A program made the translations under genes and the position numbers. The notes beneath the pieces are model-generated. The model ran no database searches. It had not been told where the DNA came from and saw only the letters and a list, made by a program, of their open reading frames with translations. A stretch of DNA of 64,000 nt from Sarea resinae (lineage: Eukaryota). Shown in pieces: positions 60,735 through 64,000 of this stretch. Numbering within the stretch: position 1 is the stretch's first letter; every line of letters begins with the position of its first letter. Location of the stretch: NCBI GenBank assembly GCA_026026165.1, contig JAPEUD010000001.1, positions 620,001 to 684,000 of the forward strand, in the 5' to 3' direction.

Positions 60735-62514
60735 ATGGGAGACCGAGACGGAATGGATCTCAGTAATTTGAACTACACGGTTCTGATGCCGTACAATGGC
60801 ACAACCGAGACCGGTGGTAATTCTTTAACCAACGACCTGAACGTCTTCTATGAGGTATGAGGCCATGTCGATGATCGTTGCGCCTATCGTTCAACGTGGC
60901 TAACCTCGCTGCTCTTCCGCCCAGACTGGCGACATTGCCTGGATGATCACCTCTACGGCGCTCGTCTTGCTCATGATTCCCGGTGTTGGGTACGTCAGAT
61001 CTTGATGTTCACTTCTACCAATGGGCAAACCAACTGACGGATCGTCACAGTTTCTTCTATTCTGGTCTTGCGCGCAGAAAATCTGCTCTGTCTTTAATAT
61101 GGCTTTCAGTCATGTCCACAGCTCTGATCTCGTTCCAATGGTTTTTCTGGGGTTATTCGCTGGCCTTCTCGCATACGGCTGGCAAATACATTGGAGACCT
61201 GACCAACTTCGGCTTCAGAAATGTCCTCGCTCAACCCTCGGTAGGAAGCTCGAGAATCCCAGATCTGCTCTTCGCCATCTACCAAGGCATGTTCGCGGCG
61301 ATCACGTAAGTTTCTCTCGACTGTGGGAAGTCAAACAACACTTACTTATGAATTCTAGCGTCGCTTTGGCTGTTGGAGCCGTTGCTGAGAGAGGCCGGAT
61401 GCTCCCTTGCGTCGTCTTCATGTTCGTGTGGTCTACTGTCATCTATGACCCTATTGCGTGCTGGACATGGAATCCCTCAGGCTGGGTTTTCAAGATGGGC
61501 GGTCTGGATTTCGCTGGCGGAACCCCTGTGCATATCTCTTCTGGATCTGCCGCCCTGGCCTACTCTCTCATGCTCGGCAAGCGACGCGGCCACGGTACTC
61601 ATGAGCTCAACTTCCGTCCTCACAACGTCACGCATATCGTGATTGGCACCGTTTTCCTCTGGGTTGGCTGGTTCGGATTTAACGCCGGTTCCGCCCTGAG
61701 TGCCAACCTCCGCGCCGTCATGGCTGCCGTTGTCACCAACCTCGCGGCTTCAGTTGGTGGAATCACGTGGTGTGTTCTGGATTACAGGCTCGAGAAGAAA
61801 TGGTCTACGGTCGGCTTTTGCTCCGGTGTTGTTGCTGGACTTGTCGCTATTACTCCCGCCTCTGGTTTCGTGCCTGCATGGTCTGCTGTCATCTACGGCA
61901 TCGTTGGTGGGGCAGCTTGCAACTACGCCACCAAGCTGAAGTTTGTCCTCGGTGTAGATGATGCGCTTGATATCTTCGCTGAGCATGCCGTCGGTGGAAT
62001 AGTCGGCAATATCCTCACTGCATTTTTCGCAGCGTAAGTTGTCCGCAGGTTGGATGATTTTAAGACTAAGCTAACATATCTCCAGAGATTATATTGCGCA
62101 CCTTGACGGTGTGACTGTGATCGATGGAGGCTGGTTGAACCATCACTGGGTCCAACTCGGATACCAGCTTGCGGACTCGGTTTCCGGCTTTGTCTATTCT
62201 TTCGGTGGAACTTGCATCATTCTCTTCATCATGAACCTCATCCCTGGTCTCAGTCTACGTGCGAGCGAAGAAGCCGAGATCCTCGGTATCGATGATGCCG
62301 AGATTGGAGAATTTGCCGTATGTCTAGCTACGTCTCCCATTTCACGGCTATACTAATGTGAATATAGTACGACTATGTTGAGCTTACCCGTGAGGTCGCC
62401 GCTGGCCAATCCATCGATGGTGGCTCCAAATACTCTGGCGAGCATGAGTCCCCTGTCCGGCCCAATGAGAAGGCTTTCTCTACCTCGGACGATATCATCG
62501 ACCCTCGCCAATAG
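60735..62514 (+). CDS. mepA: Ammonium transporter (Amt/Mep family), twin-His type
   Basis: Exons 60735-60854, 60925-60989, 61051-61305, 61359-62033, 62086-62317 and 62368-62514. Motifs GDIAWMITSTALVLLMIPGVGFFYSGL, DFAGGTPVHISSG, WFGFNAGS, GLVAITPASG and DIFAEHAVGG. The family is certain; the exact paralogue name (mepA versus meaA) is inferred. Confidence 0.93.
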
Positions 62515-63151
62515 ACGTGGTCGCCAATCTGTTACGAAGTTTTTCTCATTCTAGATCTGTGATCTTTCCTCATCTCGCTCGACAAAGATTCCTCTTCCGC
62601 AAAGAATCATCAAATATCCATGTTCCGGCCGCCCGTATATCCGGGCTCCGGCTGATGACTTGATTTTAGAATAGCGTCTGGCAAGATTTTTTGTGAGGAG
62701 CAGGGGAGCGCCGATCATCTGTAAAATGTAGCATCTTAGAGGCTTAGTAGTAACTTATAAATATTCGCTTTCAATGAACTGTATCATCAGCAAGAGTCCT
62801 TTTGAATCCCGAATTCTAAAGACATGAAACCGTCAAAGTGCGTCATTATTGGAGGGGGCCAATGTTTACCTACGGGATGGATCTTGAAGGATAGATACTT
62901 TGATGCCGATCGATGCCAGATCCTCGGCACTAGTCGGGCTGCCGCGCTAGAGTGGAATCGTGAACTTGCGAGCGACAATTCGACGTCAATTTTGGGCCAA
63001 CGTATCTCTGTCCGAAACAAGGTAAACTCAACAACTTCAACATCATCGTCGCATAAACCACACAGCAAACCCTCTTTTATTTACATCTCGGAAATTGTTG
63101 TCTTTCGGTCATTCTACCAACAGTAGCTGTCAGTATCAGCGCTCTTCGAAA

Positions 63152-64000
63152 ATGTCCGAGCAGGAAGGCTCTCCCCCTCTGAACTCAGCGGGCCTTTCAG
63201 CTGCGCGCGTAGCGTTCCCTCGTACGCCCGAAGAGTTCGAAGGCGACCCACGGGTCTCATTCTCCAAACTCGAAACTAAATGGCTCCTCGAAGAAGACGA
63301 TGGCCAGGAATACGAATTCGATGAGGCGCTGAAGAGATGGATACCAGTGGTACGCCTATCCTCTTGCCGGGAAAGCTCTCTTCGCAGCATCTTATGTTCA
63401 TGACATTGCATATTGTGGTCGAGCGGCAATTCTAATCAGCTTTGATGTGTTCTCGGGTCATACAGTTGGACGATGCGCTGTTAGAGCAGCAGAGACAGGC
63501 CTACGCGGTTTCGGGGGTGGATGAATCGGCGCCTGCTCAACCGCAGAAGAAAAGGAAGAACGTCTACACGAATGGCGAAGAGGTATGGCATTTCCCACTG
63601 TGATTTCAATGGAGCTCTACTTACATGCCACACTTCAGGAGGGCAATGGGAAAGCTAAAAAGCCCAAATCCAGTGCTGAACCCCGGGAGCGGAAGAATAC
63701 CGCCGTCTACGTCACGAGCCTCCCCACCGACGTGACGGTGGACGAAGTCCAGAGCGTCTTCTCGAAATGCGGCGTCATTGCCGAAGAGATCGACAGCGGT
63801 AAACCGCGCATCAAGCTGTACACGGACGAGGCGGGCAACTTCAAGGGCGATGGCCTGGTGGTCTATTTCAGAGCCGAATCGGTGAACCTTGCCATACAGA
63901 TGCTGGACGACACCGATTTCCGCCTAGGCGTTACGGGTCCGGCGGGCAAGATGAAAGTGCAGGCGGCAGATTTTTCGTACAAGAGCCAACAAGATGCGCC
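63152..64000 (+). CDS. CUS2: U2 snRNP-associated RRM splicing factor HTATSF1/Tat-SF1 (Cus2/Uap2); 3' end runs off the window
   Basis: Exons 63152-63349, 63466-63582 and 63639->64000. N-terminal DPRVSFSKLETKWLLEEDDGQEYEFDEALKRWIP. RRM RKNTAVYVTSLP..VFSKCGVIAEEIDSGKPRIKLYTDEAGNFKGDGLVVYFRAESVNLAIQMLDDTDFR. Confidence 0.9.

Overview
Eukaryotic DNA from a filamentous ascomycete (Pezizomycotina), judged from short GT..AG introns with CTRAC/CTAAT branch points, fungal housekeeping genes and RIP-like TpA-rich patches. I reconstructed about 15 genes by hand, left to right: DPB4 histone-fold subunit (partial), a long coiled-coil protein, an RGS-LOV flavin photoreceptor, a low-complexity hypothetical protein, a GNAT acetyltransferase, SLD3, RSC7/NPL6, S-adenosylmethionine synthetase, GPN3, APQ12, an AIM9/APH-like kinase-fold protein, a single-TM protein, the HOG MAPKKK SSK2/SskB, a twin-His ammonium transporter and the HTATSF1/Cus2 splicing factor (partial). 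Intergenic regions are long and rich in microsatellites. The most notable non-housekeeping signals are: (1) a 265-bp TA-flanked MITE with 32-bp TIRs; (2) a compositionally distinct ~3.8-kb island at 42.3-46.0 kb with a RIP relic, the APH-like gene, a convergent ORF broken by one in-frame stop, a Helitron-like 3' end and a 73-bp tandem duplication; (3) three perfect TGACTCA sites before the GNAT gene; (4) a strongly over-represented intergenic TACTNCGTA motif; (5) the RGS-LOV gene. No tRNA, rRNA or CRISPR feature was recognised. Exon boundaries were read by eye and family assignments come from recognised motifs, not database searches.
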